A stretch of DNA of 64,000 nt, taken from assembly GCA_965215335.1 (NCBI GenBank), contig CBDCDA010000001.1, forward strand, positions 352,001 through 416,000, written 5' to 3'. The notes below the pieces were generated by a model, which saw only the letters and a program-made list of their open reading frames with translations, did no database searches and was not told the DNA's origin. The DNA comes from an uncultured Candidatus Entotheonella sp. Lineage in GTDB: Bacteria; Tectomicrobia; Entotheonellia; Entotheonellales; Entotheonellaceae. A program made the position numbers and the translations under genes. Positions 20,079-29,586 of the stretch are shown piece by piece. Numbering within the stretch: position 1 is the stretch's first letter; each line of letters starts with the position of its first letter.

Positions 20079-20561
20079 TTGGCGACGTATTACTTGGAGA
20101 TGACTGATCCGGCGCAGTTGCGGCCGTCGCCTCGGATGGCGGAGGCTTTTGAGGTCAAACGGGCGCAGATACCGTGCGGTGCCCTGAACCGTTTCTTCTA
20201 CCAAACGGTCGGGGCAGCCTGGCGATGGACGGACCGCTTGCCCTGGACGGATGAGGACTGGCAGGCTTATGCCGAGCGTCCGGGACTTGAAACGTGGCTT
20301 GGCTATGTGCAGGGCACCCCGACGGGATACTTTGAACTGGCGCGACAGGATGCGGCTCAAGTGGAGATAGCGATGTTCGGCTTGCTGCCGCTTTTTATCG
20401 GGCGCGGCGTGGGTGGCGCCTTGCTGACGGCTGCTTTGCGGCGGGCTTGGGAAAAGGGGACACGGCGGGTGTGGTTGCACACCGCTTCGTCGGATCACCC
20501 GCACGCCCTGGGCAATTATCAGGCGCGCGGAATGCAGGTTTACAAGACCGAGACGACGTGA
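20079..20561 (+). CDS. GNAT family N-acetyltransferase
   Basis: FGLLPLFIGRGVGGALL, VWLHTASSDHPHALGNYQARG; GGGAGG RBS with TTG start. Confidence 0.85.
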   Translation: MATYYLEMTDPAQLRPSPRMAEAFEVKRAQIPCGALNRFFYQTVGAAWRWTDRLPWTDEDWQAYAERPGLETWLGYVQGTPTGYFELARQDAAQVEIAMFGLLPLFIGRGVGGALLTAALRRAWEKGTRRVWLHTASSDHPHALGNYQARGMQVYKTETT

Positions 20562-20574
20562 AGGGGCAGTTACC

Positions 20575-22290
20575 CTACAGCGCGAGTTGCCGGCAGCGGT
20601 CGTAGCATGCTTGCAGCTTCTCACCACATTCCTGCCACATTTGGCGTCGAGATGCCACGAAGCCATCGAGTTGTTCTAGTCGCGCCTCCATTGCCTCGGG
20701 ACCGGGGCCGCCCATCACCTGCTTTGCCTGGAGGATGTTGGCAGGTTCCTGCAGGCGGCTCACCGTTTCGGCATCCACGGTGACGTCCAGACCTTCCGCC
20801 TGCAGGGCCTGGCTCATGGTGGCAGGAGTTACACGGTCCGACTCGCCCTGTTGCAGCGACAAGGCGACGGCGTGCTCCATCACCCGTTTGAGGCGCCGGA
20901 ATTCCACGCCGGTGCGCGCGACCAATTGCTCCATGAACTCGGTGGTGCCGGTGAAGCCGCTGCGGCCCATGGCGTACAGGCGCGTCGTGTCAATGCCCAC
21001 CGGGCGATCCAGCCAGGGGTTGGTGGCGAGTGGGCGGCAGGAATGGCGAACGACGCGGGTCATGATGGACACCGCCGGAAGTGCCTCCAAGCAGGCTTCC
21101 ATGATGAGATACTTGCTCCACTGATGGTCGCGGTTATAGCCCGTGAGGTTCGCCTGGCCCAGGGTCAGCAGCGCGCCCAGCCGGCTGGCGACCTCGGTGG
21201 CCTTGGCCTTGATGACCTCCAGCGCGTCGGGGTTGACCTTTTGGGGCATGATGCTGCTGCCGGAACAGAAGCGTGGATGCAGCTTGAGCACCCCGAACTC
21301 CGGCGTGCTCAAGAGGATCAACGTCTGCGCCATGCTGGAGAGGTGGGCGAGGAGAACGGCGAGAATCTGCGCCAGATCGGCCTCCGGTTCCCAGCGGCTG
21401 GCGATCGGGTCCAGGGAATTGGGCTCGGGGCCGTAGCACCCCAGCAACTCGGCGGTGAGTTGGCGGTTGATAGCAAACGTGGTGCTGAACCCGGTGACGC
21501 AGCCCAAGGGGCTGTAATTGAAGGTCTCGTACCAGAAATTCAGGCGCTGCACCACGCGCCGCAGCGCCTCGGCATAGGCCGCCAGATGATGGCCGAAGGT
21601 CGACAGGGTGGCGTGTTGATGGTGGGTATAGCCCGCCATGACGCTGTTCAGGTGCTGGCGCGCCACTATCGATAGCGCGTCCATGCAGCCGAGGCAGAGC
21701 CGCGCCAGGTTGAACACTCGCTCCCGCATCCACAGGCGCATGTCGGTAACCACCTGGTCATTGCGGCTGCGCGCCGTATGCAGGGACAGCGCGGCGTTGA
21801 TGCCGAGGTTGCCGCTCAGATAGGTTTCGATGCTGGTGTGAACGTCTTCGAGGGCGGGCTGTACGACGAAGCGGCCGAGGCGGTACTGGTGTTCGATTTC
21901 GGCAAGGCCGTCCAGAATGGCCCGTCCCTGCTCAGCGGTGAGGATGGCGCAGCTGACCAGCATGTGCGTGTGGGCACGATTGACCCACAGATCGAACGGC
22001 ACCAGACTCTGGTCGGCGGCGCCTTTGCCGGCGACATCCCAGCCGGCCATGAAGGCCACGACTTCCGGCGTCGGGCTGACAAGGCGGTTGCCGTACAGGC
22101 GCCTGGCCTCTTGATGCTGCTGGCCCTGGAGGCGATCCAGGGTGTCGTCATCGCATCCGGGAGTGCCGCAGACGGCGCAGTAGCGATCCGCCGCCGGACC
22201 TTCTTCCCGGGCTTGTCCCCAAGCCTTGGCCGGCCGCTCGGCCCCGCACGCTTGACAGTGCCATGCGGGGTTCGCGTCGATTGCCTCCAC
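20575..22290 (-). CDS. argH: Argininosuccinate lyase family protein with N-terminal CxxC-x22-CxxC extension
   Basis: EDVHT, LHTARSRNDQV, GYTHHQ, GSSIMPQKVNPD, GYNRD; GTG start 4 nt after the dapA stop (start inferred). Confidence 0.82.
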   Translation of the reverse strand: MEAIDANPAWHCQACGAERPAKAWGQAREEGPAADRYCAVCGTPGCDDDTLDRLQGQQHQEARRLYGNRLVSPTPEVVAFMAGWDVAGKGAADQSLVPFDLWVNRAHTHMLVSCAILTAEQGRAILDGLAEIEHQYRLGRFVVQPALEDVHTSIETYLSGNLGINAALSLHTARSRNDQVVTDMRLWMRERVFNLARLCLGCMDALSIVARQHLNSVMAGYTHHQHATLSTFGHHLAAYAEALRRVVQRLNFWYETFNYSPLGCVTGFSTTFAINRQLTAELLGCYGPEPNSLDPIASRWEPEADLAQILAVLLAHLSSMAQTLILLSTPEFGVLKLHPRFCSGSSIMPQKVNPDALEVIKAKATEVASRLGALLTLGQANLTGYNRDHQWSKYLIMEACLEALPAVSIMTRVVRHSCRPLATNPWLDRPVGIDTTRLYAMGRSGFTGTTEFMEQLVARTGVEFRRLKRVMEHAVALSLQQGESDRVTPATMSQALQAEGLDVTVDAETVSRLQEPANILQAKQVMGGPGPEAMEARLEQLDGFVASRRQMWQECGEKLQACYDRCRQLAL

Positions 22291-22294
22291 GAGC

Positions 22295-23194
22295 CTAAAT
22301 CTTCCCCAATTCCTGCAAACAGCGCTGCAGCTCGGCGCGGCTCTCGGGCCGCATGGCAACCAGGGGCAGGCGCAGCGCGCCGGCCGGCTGACCCATCATG
22401 GCCAGGGCGGTTTTCACCGGCACCGGGTTGGTCTCGATGAACAGGGCGTTGACGACGTCCAGGGTGCGGAAATGGATGTCCTGGGCCGCCTTGTAATCGC
22501 CACGTGCAAACGCCTGCATCATTTCGTGCAGCTCCTTGCCGACCACGTGGGCGACGGCGGCGATGGCACCATCGCCGCCCAGGCACAGCGAGCCGAAGGT
22601 CAGGGCGTCCTCGCCGCTCAGCACGTAGAACTTCTTGCTCATCTTGCGCGTGGCGGCCAGCAGCGCCATGGTCTGGTTGACGTTGGCCGCCGCGTCCTTG
22701 ACGCCGACGATGGTGTCGATCTGCGCCAGTGCCAGGAGCGTCTTGACGTCGATCAACCGTCCCGTGCGTCCGGGGATATTGTAAAGAATCAGCGGCAGGC
22801 TCGTGCTCTTGGCAACGGCCTCGAAGTGCGCCATCAAGCCGTGCTGTTCCGGCTTGTTGTAGTACGGGCAGACCTGCAGCGACGCCGCGGCGCCGGCCTG
22901 TTCGGCGTGCCTGGTCATTTCGATGGCTTCGTGTGTCGAGTTGGAACCCGTACCGGCGATGACGGGCACGCGACCAGCGGTCGCATCGATGACGATCTCG
23001 GTTACCCGCTGGTGTTCGGCGTGCGACAGGGTGGGGGATTCGCCCGTCGTGCCGCAGGGCACCAGGCTGTCGGCCTTTTGCTCTTCGATGAGGTAATCCA
23101 CCAAGCGGCGCAGGCCGGGTTCGTCAACGCTGAAGTCGTCCTTGAAGGGGGTGATGATGGGGATGTGAATGCCGGTCCAATCATACTGGGCCAT
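22295..23194 (-). CDS. dapA: 4-hydroxy-tetrahydrodipicolinate synthase
   Basis: CGTTGESPTL, AGTGSNST, PYYNKP, LYNIPGRT, GVKDA, ETNPVPVK; AGGAGG RBS. Confidence 0.95.
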   Translation of the reverse strand: MAQYDWTGIHIPIITPFKDDFSVDEPGLRRLVDYLIEEQKADSLVPCGTTGESPTLSHAEHQRVTEIVIDATAGRVPVIAGTGSNSTHEAIEMTRHAEQAGAAASLQVCPYYNKPEQHGLMAHFEAVAKSTSLPLILYNIPGRTGRLIDVKTLLALAQIDTIVGVKDAAANVNQTMALLAATRKMSKKFYVLSGEDALTFGSLCLGGDGAIAAVAHVVGKELHEMMQAFARGDYKAAQDIHFRTLDVVNALFIETNPVPVKTALAMMGQPAGALRLPLVAMRPESRAELQRCLQELGKI

Positions 23195-23254
23195 GATTGC
23201 CTCCTTCCGGTTCGGGCCCCCGGTAGCGAGCGGCCCGTTCATTACGCGACGTCG

Positions 23255-24442
23255 CTACACCGGCGCGGCGTCCGCCGCCATGTCGAAGACCTGCCGGATG
23301 CCATACGTCGTGGTGCGTTCCGCCGGCACCCGGCCAATCTGGCGAATCAACTGCCGGAACTCGTCCACGGGCATATACTGGCCAGCCGTGGCGCCGGCCA
23401 GCCGCGAGATGTTCTCATTGATCAGCGTGCCGCCGTAGTCGCTGGCACCGGCCTGCAGGCAGCGCTGCGACAGCTGACGACCCAATTTGACCCACGAGAC
23501 CTGCACGTTGTCGATCCAGCCCCGCAGCATGATGCGCGCCAGGGCGTGCACCTTGATGCTCTCCTCCTCGGTGGGGCCGGGACGCGCCATGCCGAGCTGG
23601 AACAACCCCGTATTGGCGTGCACGAAGCCCAGGGGCACAAACTCCGTAAAGCCGCCGGTTTCCTTCTGGATGTCGCGCAGCAGGATGAACTGGTTGATCC
23701 AGTGTTCGGGGGTTTCCAGGTGGCCGTACATCATGGTGGAGGTAGTCGGGATGCCCAGCTTGTGGGCGGTGCGGACCACGTTGGTCCACTGTTTCACCGT
23801 GACCTTCTTGCGCGACAGCATGTGCCGCACGTCGTCGTCCAGAATTTCCGCCGCGGTGCCGGGCAGGGTGTCGAGGCCGTTGTCCTTCAGCATCTGCAGG
23901 TAGTCGTGCAGTGCCATGCCGGTGAGTTCGGTGCCGTACGTCATCTCCATCGGGGAGAAGGCATGGGCGTGCATGTCCGGCACCGCCTTCTTGATGATAC
24001 GCAGGATGTCCCGGTAATAAAACGGGTCCAGGCCGCGCGGCAGCCCGCCTTGCACGCAGACCTCGGTGGCGCCCATTTCCCGCGCTTCGAGGGTCCGCTG
24101 CGCGATCTCCTCGAACGGCAGGTTGTAGGCGTCGGACGCCCGCGCCGAGGTGCTGAACGAGCAAAAGGCGCAGCCGATGAAACAGACGTTGGTGAAGTTG
24201 ATGTTGCGGTTGACGACGTAGGTGATGACGTCACCCACGATCTCTCGGCGCAGGTGATCCGCCACCGCCGCCAGCGCCTCGACGTCTTCGCTGGGCAGCG
24301 TGGCCAGAACGAGGCCCTCGTCGCGGGCCAACTCGTGCCCGGTCATGGCCTTTTCCAGCACGCGCGCCACCTCGGGGGTGGTCTGCGGCAGCAGATGCGC
24401 CACGCGCTCCTGGGATTCCTGCACGTTCGCAGCGATCTTCAT
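23255..24442 (-). CDS. cofH: FO synthase subunit CofH (radical SAM)
   Basis: NRNINFTNVCFIGCAFCSF, HAFSPME, PGTAAEIL, TMMYGH, NVQVSWVKLG; 4-nt overlap with cofG. Confidence 0.92.
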   Translation of the reverse strand: MKIAANVQESQERVAHLLPQTTPEVARVLEKAMTGHELARDEGLVLATLPSEDVEALAAVADHLRREIVGDVITYVVNRNINFTNVCFIGCAFCSFSTSARASDAYNLPFEEIAQRTLEAREMGATEVCVQGGLPRGLDPFYYRDILRIIKKAVPDMHAHAFSPMEMTYGTELTGMALHDYLQMLKDNGLDTLPGTAAEILDDDVRHMLSRKKVTVKQWTNVVRTAHKLGIPTTSTMMYGHLETPEHWINQFILLRDIQKETGGFTEFVPLGFVHANTGLFQLGMARPGPTEEESIKVHALARIMLRGWIDNVQVSWVKLGRQLSQRCLQAGASDYGGTLINENISRLAGATAGQYMPVDEFRQLIRQIGRVPAERTTTYGIRQVFDMAADAAPV

Positions 24443-25653
24443 GGAATCGGTACTCCTTTCCGTTCCTCGATTGGATAACCATCCTCGTCCACCATCGCTC
24501 GCAGGCGGGGTTCCAGGGCCGCCGCCATGAAGCCTTGCTTGCGGACGATAAATTCGGGGTACACCGTCAGGCGGGGGCGCAACGTCAGGCCCAGCTCGGC
24601 GGACACACGTTCCAGCGTTTGAATCTGTGGCCAGGGCGCTTCGGGATTGATGAAGTCGATGGTCAGCGGGGAAATGCCGCCCCAGTCGTTGATGCCGGCG
24701 GGGACCAGCAATTGGTATTGTTCCGGGGTCAGGTTCGGCGGCACCTGCAGGTTGATGTCGCCGCTCAGCATGAGCCGGGCCACGGCGGTTGTGCGCATGA
24801 AGTCCAGCAAGGCCGGCTCCGGCTGCGCGTGCATCGGGATGTCCGGCTTGGCGCGGAAATTCTGAACGATGACTTCCTGGATGTGGCCATGCCGGTCATG
24901 CAGGTCTTGAATCGCTTCGAGAGTCTCCAGCCGCTCGACGAACGTCTCGCCGATGCCGACCAGCATGCCGGTCGTGAAGGGGATTCTCAGCTTGCCGGCG
25001 TTTTCAATCGTTTTCAATCGCACCGCGGGGTCTTTATCCGGTGCCCCGTCGTGGGCCATGCCCGGACCCAGAAGGCGGCGGCTGGTGGTTTCCAGCATGA
25101 GGCCCATGCTTGGGCTCACGTCGCGCAGACGCTCCAGGTCCTTGCGACCCATGACGCCCGGGTTGGCGTGCGGCAGCAGCGACGTGTGATCGAGAACGAG
25201 CTGGCACATCTCCACCAGGTAATCCACGGTGCGCCGGTGGCCGTGCTGCCGCAACGTCTGGCGCATCTCCGGGAACAACGCTTCGGGTTTGTCGCCCAAG
25301 CTGAACAACGCCTCCTTGCAGCCCAGCTTCGCCCCGTCCCGGGCCACCTGCAGGACCTCGTCCGGGGTCATGGTCCTGGCGCCGGGGTCGCCGGGGTCTT
25401 TGCGAAACGTGCAGTAGCCGCAGTAATCGCGGCAGAGATTCGTCAGGGGCAGGAAGACCTTGGGGGAGTATGTGATGGTGGCCCCATGGTGCCGTGCCCG
25501 CCGGCTGTCGGCCACTTGCAGGAGGGCCAGCAGTTCGCCGCTCGTCAGGTGCTCGAAAGCGACCATTTCCTGGGCGGTCAGGGACGCCCCGGCTTCGGCT
25601 CGGCTCAGGGCTTGTGCAATGGCGGGTCGGCACGCCGGACTGATCAGGGTCAT
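24439..25653 (-). CDS. cofG: FO synthase subunit CofG (radical SAM)
   Basis: TYSPKVFLPLTNLCRDYCGYCTF, EALFSLGDKPE, LPHANPG, SMGLMLE, QVPPNL, NDWGGISP. Confidence 0.93.
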   Translation of the reverse strand: MTLISPACRPAIAQALSRAEAGASLTAQEMVAFEHLTSGELLALLQVADSRRARHHGATITYSPKVFLPLTNLCRDYCGYCTFRKDPGDPGARTMTPDEVLQVARDGAKLGCKEALFSLGDKPEALFPEMRQTLRQHGHRRTVDYLVEMCQLVLDHTSLLPHANPGVMGRKDLERLRDVSPSMGLMLETTSRRLLGPGMAHDGAPDKDPAVRLKTIENAGKLRIPFTTGMLVGIGETFVERLETLEAIQDLHDRHGHIQEVIVQNFRAKPDIPMHAQPEPALLDFMRTTAVARLMLSGDINLQVPPNLTPEQYQLLVPAGINDWGGISPLTIDFINPEAPWPQIQTLERVSAELGLTLRPRLTVYPEFIVRKQGFMAAALEPRLRAMVDEDGYPIEERKGVPIP

Positions 25654-25775
25654 GCGCGGTACTCGACGCTCTGAAGGGGTCTTCACGGAAGCGCCCACCC
25701 CCCGCATCACCGCAGGCATGCAAGGCGTGAACGTGCATTGAAACGTTGGCAATTGGTAACACACGGGAGCGCGGC

Positions 25776-25804
25776 TTGTCAATGATCCGGCCTTTTGCTA
25801 GCGT
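25776..25804 (+). promoter_or_regulatory. Putative sigma70 promoter for the cyclase-family gene
   Basis: TTGTCA-17 nt-TAGCGT with TG extension. Confidence 0.4.
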
Positions 25805-25867
25805 TGGCCCCGGCCATGGGTGGGACGCATCCGGCATGCAGGCAACGGCGACTCTGAGGAGAGAGCG

Positions 25868-26728
25868 ATGGGGAACGGATTGATCAAGTGTGATCTGACG
25901 TTGGAAACCTATTTCGTCTACGGCGGTGCGGCTTCCGTCATCAACAAGACCGTCTTGCCGCGGCGCCAGGGGCAGCCGATTCTGATGCGCGGCGAGGTGG
26001 GCATCAAGGACGACGGCAACCTGCGCCCGATGGTGGCCCACAACACCACGCACGTCGACATGCCGCTGCACTTCATTGCCGACACCGCCGACCTGGACCA
26101 GGTGCTGAACAATTCGAGCTATCGGATCAATTACCCCATGCTCGCCCGCGTCCTCGACGTCTCCACGTGGCCCGACCCGCAGGTTTTTCACGAACGCAAC
26201 GGGGTGCGCTATTGCGAACGAGTCACCGCCGAGATGCTGCCCCCGCCGGACGAGTTGCGGCACTATGACGCGCTGGTCGTGCTCACCGGCTTTGGCGCCG
26301 TGATGCGGCAGGGCTCCGAGCGTTTTCAGCCGGACACGGCAGGCTTCTACCATCTTCCGTACATCGATGTCGATGTGGCGCAGCGGGTGGTGGAGGCCGG
26401 TCTCACCGTGCTAGCAATCGACTGCACGACGGTCGAGCGCCAGACCGCGGGCAACCCGCTGCGCATGACGGGGGACGTGCACCCGGTCCTGTTGGGTCAC
26501 GAACCGCCGGTGTTCATTCTGGAGGGCGTGGCGGGGGACCGCGTCGCCGCCCGGGCCGGCTTCCTGCCGACCGAGGGCGTCCTCGAGGTCATCGCCCGGC
26601 GGACGAACGCCGCCGGCGCGGATGCCGCGCATACGCGCGTCTTTCTGAGCTTCTACGCGGGTGACGACAACCACCAGCGCCTGGAGCGGCTTCTGGACAT
26701 CGTCACCCCGGAGCACCTGTACGGCTGA
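25868..26728 (+). CDS. Cyclase / kynurenine formamidase-like metal-dependent hydrolase (divergent)
   Basis: HNTTHVDMPLHF resembles HxGTHxDxPxH; VVLTGF, AIDCTTVE, VHPVLL, ILEG; GAGGAG RBS. Confidence 0.7.
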   Translation: MGNGLIKCDLTLETYFVYGGAASVINKTVLPRRQGQPILMRGEVGIKDDGNLRPMVAHNTTHVDMPLHFIADTADLDQVLNNSSYRINYPMLARVLDVSTWPDPQVFHERNGVRYCERVTAEMLPPPDELRHYDALVVLTGFGAVMRQGSERFQPDTAGFYHLPYIDVDVAQRVVEAGLTVLAIDCTTVERQTAGNPLRMTGDVHPVLLGHEPPVFILEGVAGDRVAARAGFLPTEGVLEVIARRTNAAGADAAHTRVFLSFYAGDDNHQRLERLLDIVTPEHLYG

Positions 26729-26745
26729 AGGGAACGGGGCCGTTC

Positions 26746-27921
26746 TCATGTCAGCAGGTCGAGTGCCGCCAGTGTGTAGATACGAGCGGATTCGATCAAC
26801 CGGGAAATCTCGACGTATTCGTTCGGCTGATGTGCCTTCTCCGGCAGGCCGGGGCCGCAGATGACCATGGGCGCGTCGTACGCCGGCACGAACACCGAGC
26901 CGTCGGTGGCGAAGGTGGCGGCCGTTGGCACCGAGGTGTCGCCGGTCACGAGGTCGCGCTGTCGCACAAAGGTCTGCACGTACGGGTCGTCGAAAGGGAT
27001 ATCCAGCGGAATGCGCTCGTTGATGGGACGCACCTCGATATGCAGCGTGGGGTCTTCCGCGCACAACCGGTCGACCAGTTGGCGAACCGTATCCAGGATC
27101 TGCTGATGGTCCTGGCCGATGACCGTGCGGGTGTCGATGGTGACGCGGCAGGCGTCGGGCACGACGTTGGTCTTCACGCCGCCCTCGATGGTGGCGATGT
27201 TCATCGTGAAGTCGCCCAGCAGCGGGTGCGTCTCGTAGGGGATGTCCTCGGCCTGCAGCGCCTCCAGCAGCCGGCTCATGTGGGCGATGGCGTTGACGCC
27301 GAGATGCGGCATGGAGCCGTGCGCCGTCTGCCCCTTGGACTGCAGTTCAAGCCACAACACGCCTTTTTCGGCGGTGATGACGCGGTTGGCGGTCGGCTCG
27401 CCGATGACCATGAAGCCGACGTCGTCCAGTTTCTGTTCCCGTACCAGTTCCCGAGCCCCCATGGACTCGATTTCCTCGCCCGCGGTGCCGGCAAAGAGCA
27501 GATTGCCCTTGAGGGTCGCACCGCTCCGTTGCACGGCCCGCATCGCCACGAGCATGGCGGCGACGCCCGCCTTCATGTCGGTGGTGCCCAGACCCCGGAT
27601 CTTGCCGTCGTCGATGTCGGCCGCCAACACCTCGTATGCCCAGTTGTCACCCGCCGGCACCGTATCCAGATGGCCGCTGAACAGCACGGCGCGCCGCTCG
27701 CCCCGGCCATCCAGGCCGCCGACCACGCTGGCTCTGCCGTCTTCCGCGTGCGACACCAGCTCGGCAGCCATGTCGTTCTGCCGCAGCCAGTCGGCGACGA
27801 ACGTCGCCGCCCTGGCTTCATCGCCCGGCGGGTTGATCGTGCGGATGCGCACCAGGTCCTGGGTCAGCTGCACCAGCGCCCCCTCGTCCAAGGCGGCCAG
27901 CGCGCGTTCTCGCGTGCCCAT
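26746..27921 (-). CDS. M20 family metallopeptidase/deacylase (ArgE/DapE-like)
   Basis: SGHLDTVP, GTTDMKAG, GEE, IGEPT, AHGSMPHLGVNAI, AHQPNEY. Confidence 0.92.
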   Translation of the reverse strand: MGTRERALAALDEGALVQLTQDLVRIRTINPPGDEARAATFVADWLRQNDMAAELVSHAEDGRASVVGGLDGRGERRAVLFSGHLDTVPAGDNWAYEVLAADIDDGKIRGLGTTDMKAGVAAMLVAMRAVQRSGATLKGNLLFAGTAGEEIESMGARELVREQKLDDVGFMVIGEPTANRVITAEKGVLWLELQSKGQTAHGSMPHLGVNAIAHMSRLLEALQAEDIPYETHPLLGDFTMNIATIEGGVKTNVVPDACRVTIDTRTVIGQDHQQILDTVRQLVDRLCAEDPTLHIEVRPINERIPLDIPFDDPYVQTFVRQRDLVTGDTSVPTAATFATDGSVFVPAYDAPMVICGPGLPEKAHQPNEYVEISRLIESARIYTLAALDLLT

Positions 27922-27976
27922 CGTGTACCCCTTTTTGATGAAATTGCGGTTCCTGTGCGTCGTTCTTCAAACGCTG

Positions 27977-28006
27977 ATTATCAAAGGAGTGAAATTAGAA
28001 TGTCAA
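27977..28006 (-). promoter_or_regulatory. Putative sigma70 promoter for the M20 gene
   Basis: TTGACA-18 nt-GATAAT on the minus strand. Confidence 0.45.
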
Positions 28007-28061
28007 GGCCATGCGAAGGGCCAGACATGTGCCGCGACGCCACTCGGCCACGAGGTGACGA

Positions 28062-28793
28062 ATGAGCCCGGCAAAGCCGAAGCTGGCAGCCGCGGTTGAG
28101 AACTGCTTCGCCGACCTTGCGCGCGTTCACGCCTCTGGCGGCGCGACCGGCGAACGGTCGAGCCATGGACCGCTGGCGAACCTGCTCAACGCCGTCGGCG
28201 CGACCCTGAAGCCCAAGGTGTTCTGCGTCGGCGAGCTGGCCGACCAGGGCGCCGGCCATCCCGACTTCGGTCTCTACGCTGCCCATCAGGTGCAGCGGGG
28301 GCGACCTCGCAAGGGACAGGTTCCGGAACGGGGCGTCGTGGAAGTGAAAGCGCCCACTGAAGATACCGGCGGCACGATGATTCGCGAGCAGGTGGTCCGC
28401 TACCGACGCCGCTACGATCTGGTCCTGGTAACCAACCTGCACGCCTTCACCCTGGTTGTCCCGGACGAGTCTGGCGGGGAACGGACGCTGGAAACCTTTC
28501 TCCTGGCAGCCAGCGCGGACGAGTTTGCCCGCAAGCTGGAAACGCCGCGCGCCTTCGCAGGCGAGGTGGCCGCAGGTCTTGTCGAATACCTTTCCCGGGC
28601 GCTGTCACACCGTGCCGCCATCGCTGAACCCAAGGATCTGGCCTGGCTGCTGGCGTCCTATGCGCGTGACGGGCTCGCACGGGTCGAGGCGGCCGGCGAC
28701 GCGTCGTCATTGGCCGCGGTGCGCGCGGCCCTGGAAGAAGCGTTGGGCGTCCGTTTCGAGGGCGACAAGGGCGCCCGGTTCTTCCATTCAACT
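28062..28793 (+). pseudogene. N-terminal fragment of a single-chain type IIG/ISP-like restriction-modification enzyme
   Basis: HPDFGL...GVVEVK PD-(D/E)xK nuclease, LVLVTNL, PKDLAWLLASYARD; similarity ends at FFHST with no MTase motifs. Confidence 0.75.
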
Positions 28794-28814
28794 TGCCATC
28801 GGAATTCAAAATAT

Positions 28815-29128
28815 CAAATGCCTTTTGGCAGTTTCCATGGTGTCGAAAGACACGATCGATAAACGCCGCCGGTATATTCTTGTGAAACAGATCGCTCATC
28901 GAATTGACGAAAGATCCTGCGTGGTCGCTTCCACGACCGTGGCTGGGCGAGGCGGTCCCAGCGAAGCCTGATGTCAAACCCATGCTCGTACGGATGCCCG
29001 GGAATGCCGCGGAACCGCTCGGCAAGGCGCTCGGCGTAACAGTTGTCGCAACCGCGCGTGATCTTGGTGCAACCCGTCACCGGATTCCAGGTCGCATCCG
29101 TCCATTCGATTGCGGATTTATTGCCCAC
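28815..29128 (-). pseudogene. DUF5131 (phage Gp37/Gp68-like, three-Cys) N-terminal fragment
   Basis: [29 protein letters not shown], then [10 protein letters not shown] after a frameshift; second frameshift and truncation at about 105 codons. Confidence 0.85.
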
Positions 29129-29282
29129 TTGCCCAGTCTGCCATATCTGATTTGCCTTGTGTGGTTTGGTGCCGCATGCTTGTCGGAAGGCTTGTAGCAT
29201 TACTGCACAGGCTTGGCAATGGCGCCTCTCCTGGCAAGGCGTGACACCGACTGGTTCGGATATTCTTCGGCCACGATACCTC

Positions 29283-29580
29283 TCACTGCTTCTGACTCTC
29301 CGAACGCTTATCAACGAATGCCTCTCGGTGTGTCTTGTGAGATTCTTCGTAAAGGGTCATCGTGTCCAAATCCGGCACTTCTTCTGGCGCAAAGTACCAC
29401 GTTGTCATGAGCTTCCCGCCATCCACGGCCCGCACGTCAAGGTCGAAAATCACCTCCTGGGGCGAGAAGGTGGACGCAAGGGTGTCGCGCACCTGCTTCA
29501 AATCTGCCGGGAAGGCAGCACCTTGCCTGGGCACGGTGAGTCTGACCCATGAGGCATTTTTCGAGGTGCCCGGAAGGGTT
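29283..29580 (-). pseudogene. Probable 3' fragment of an unknown gene
   Basis: Protein-like open stretch (SWVRLTVP...EVIFDLDVRAVDGGKLMTTWYFAPE) with no credible start before namZ. Confidence 0.3.
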
Positions 29581-29586
29581 TGACAC

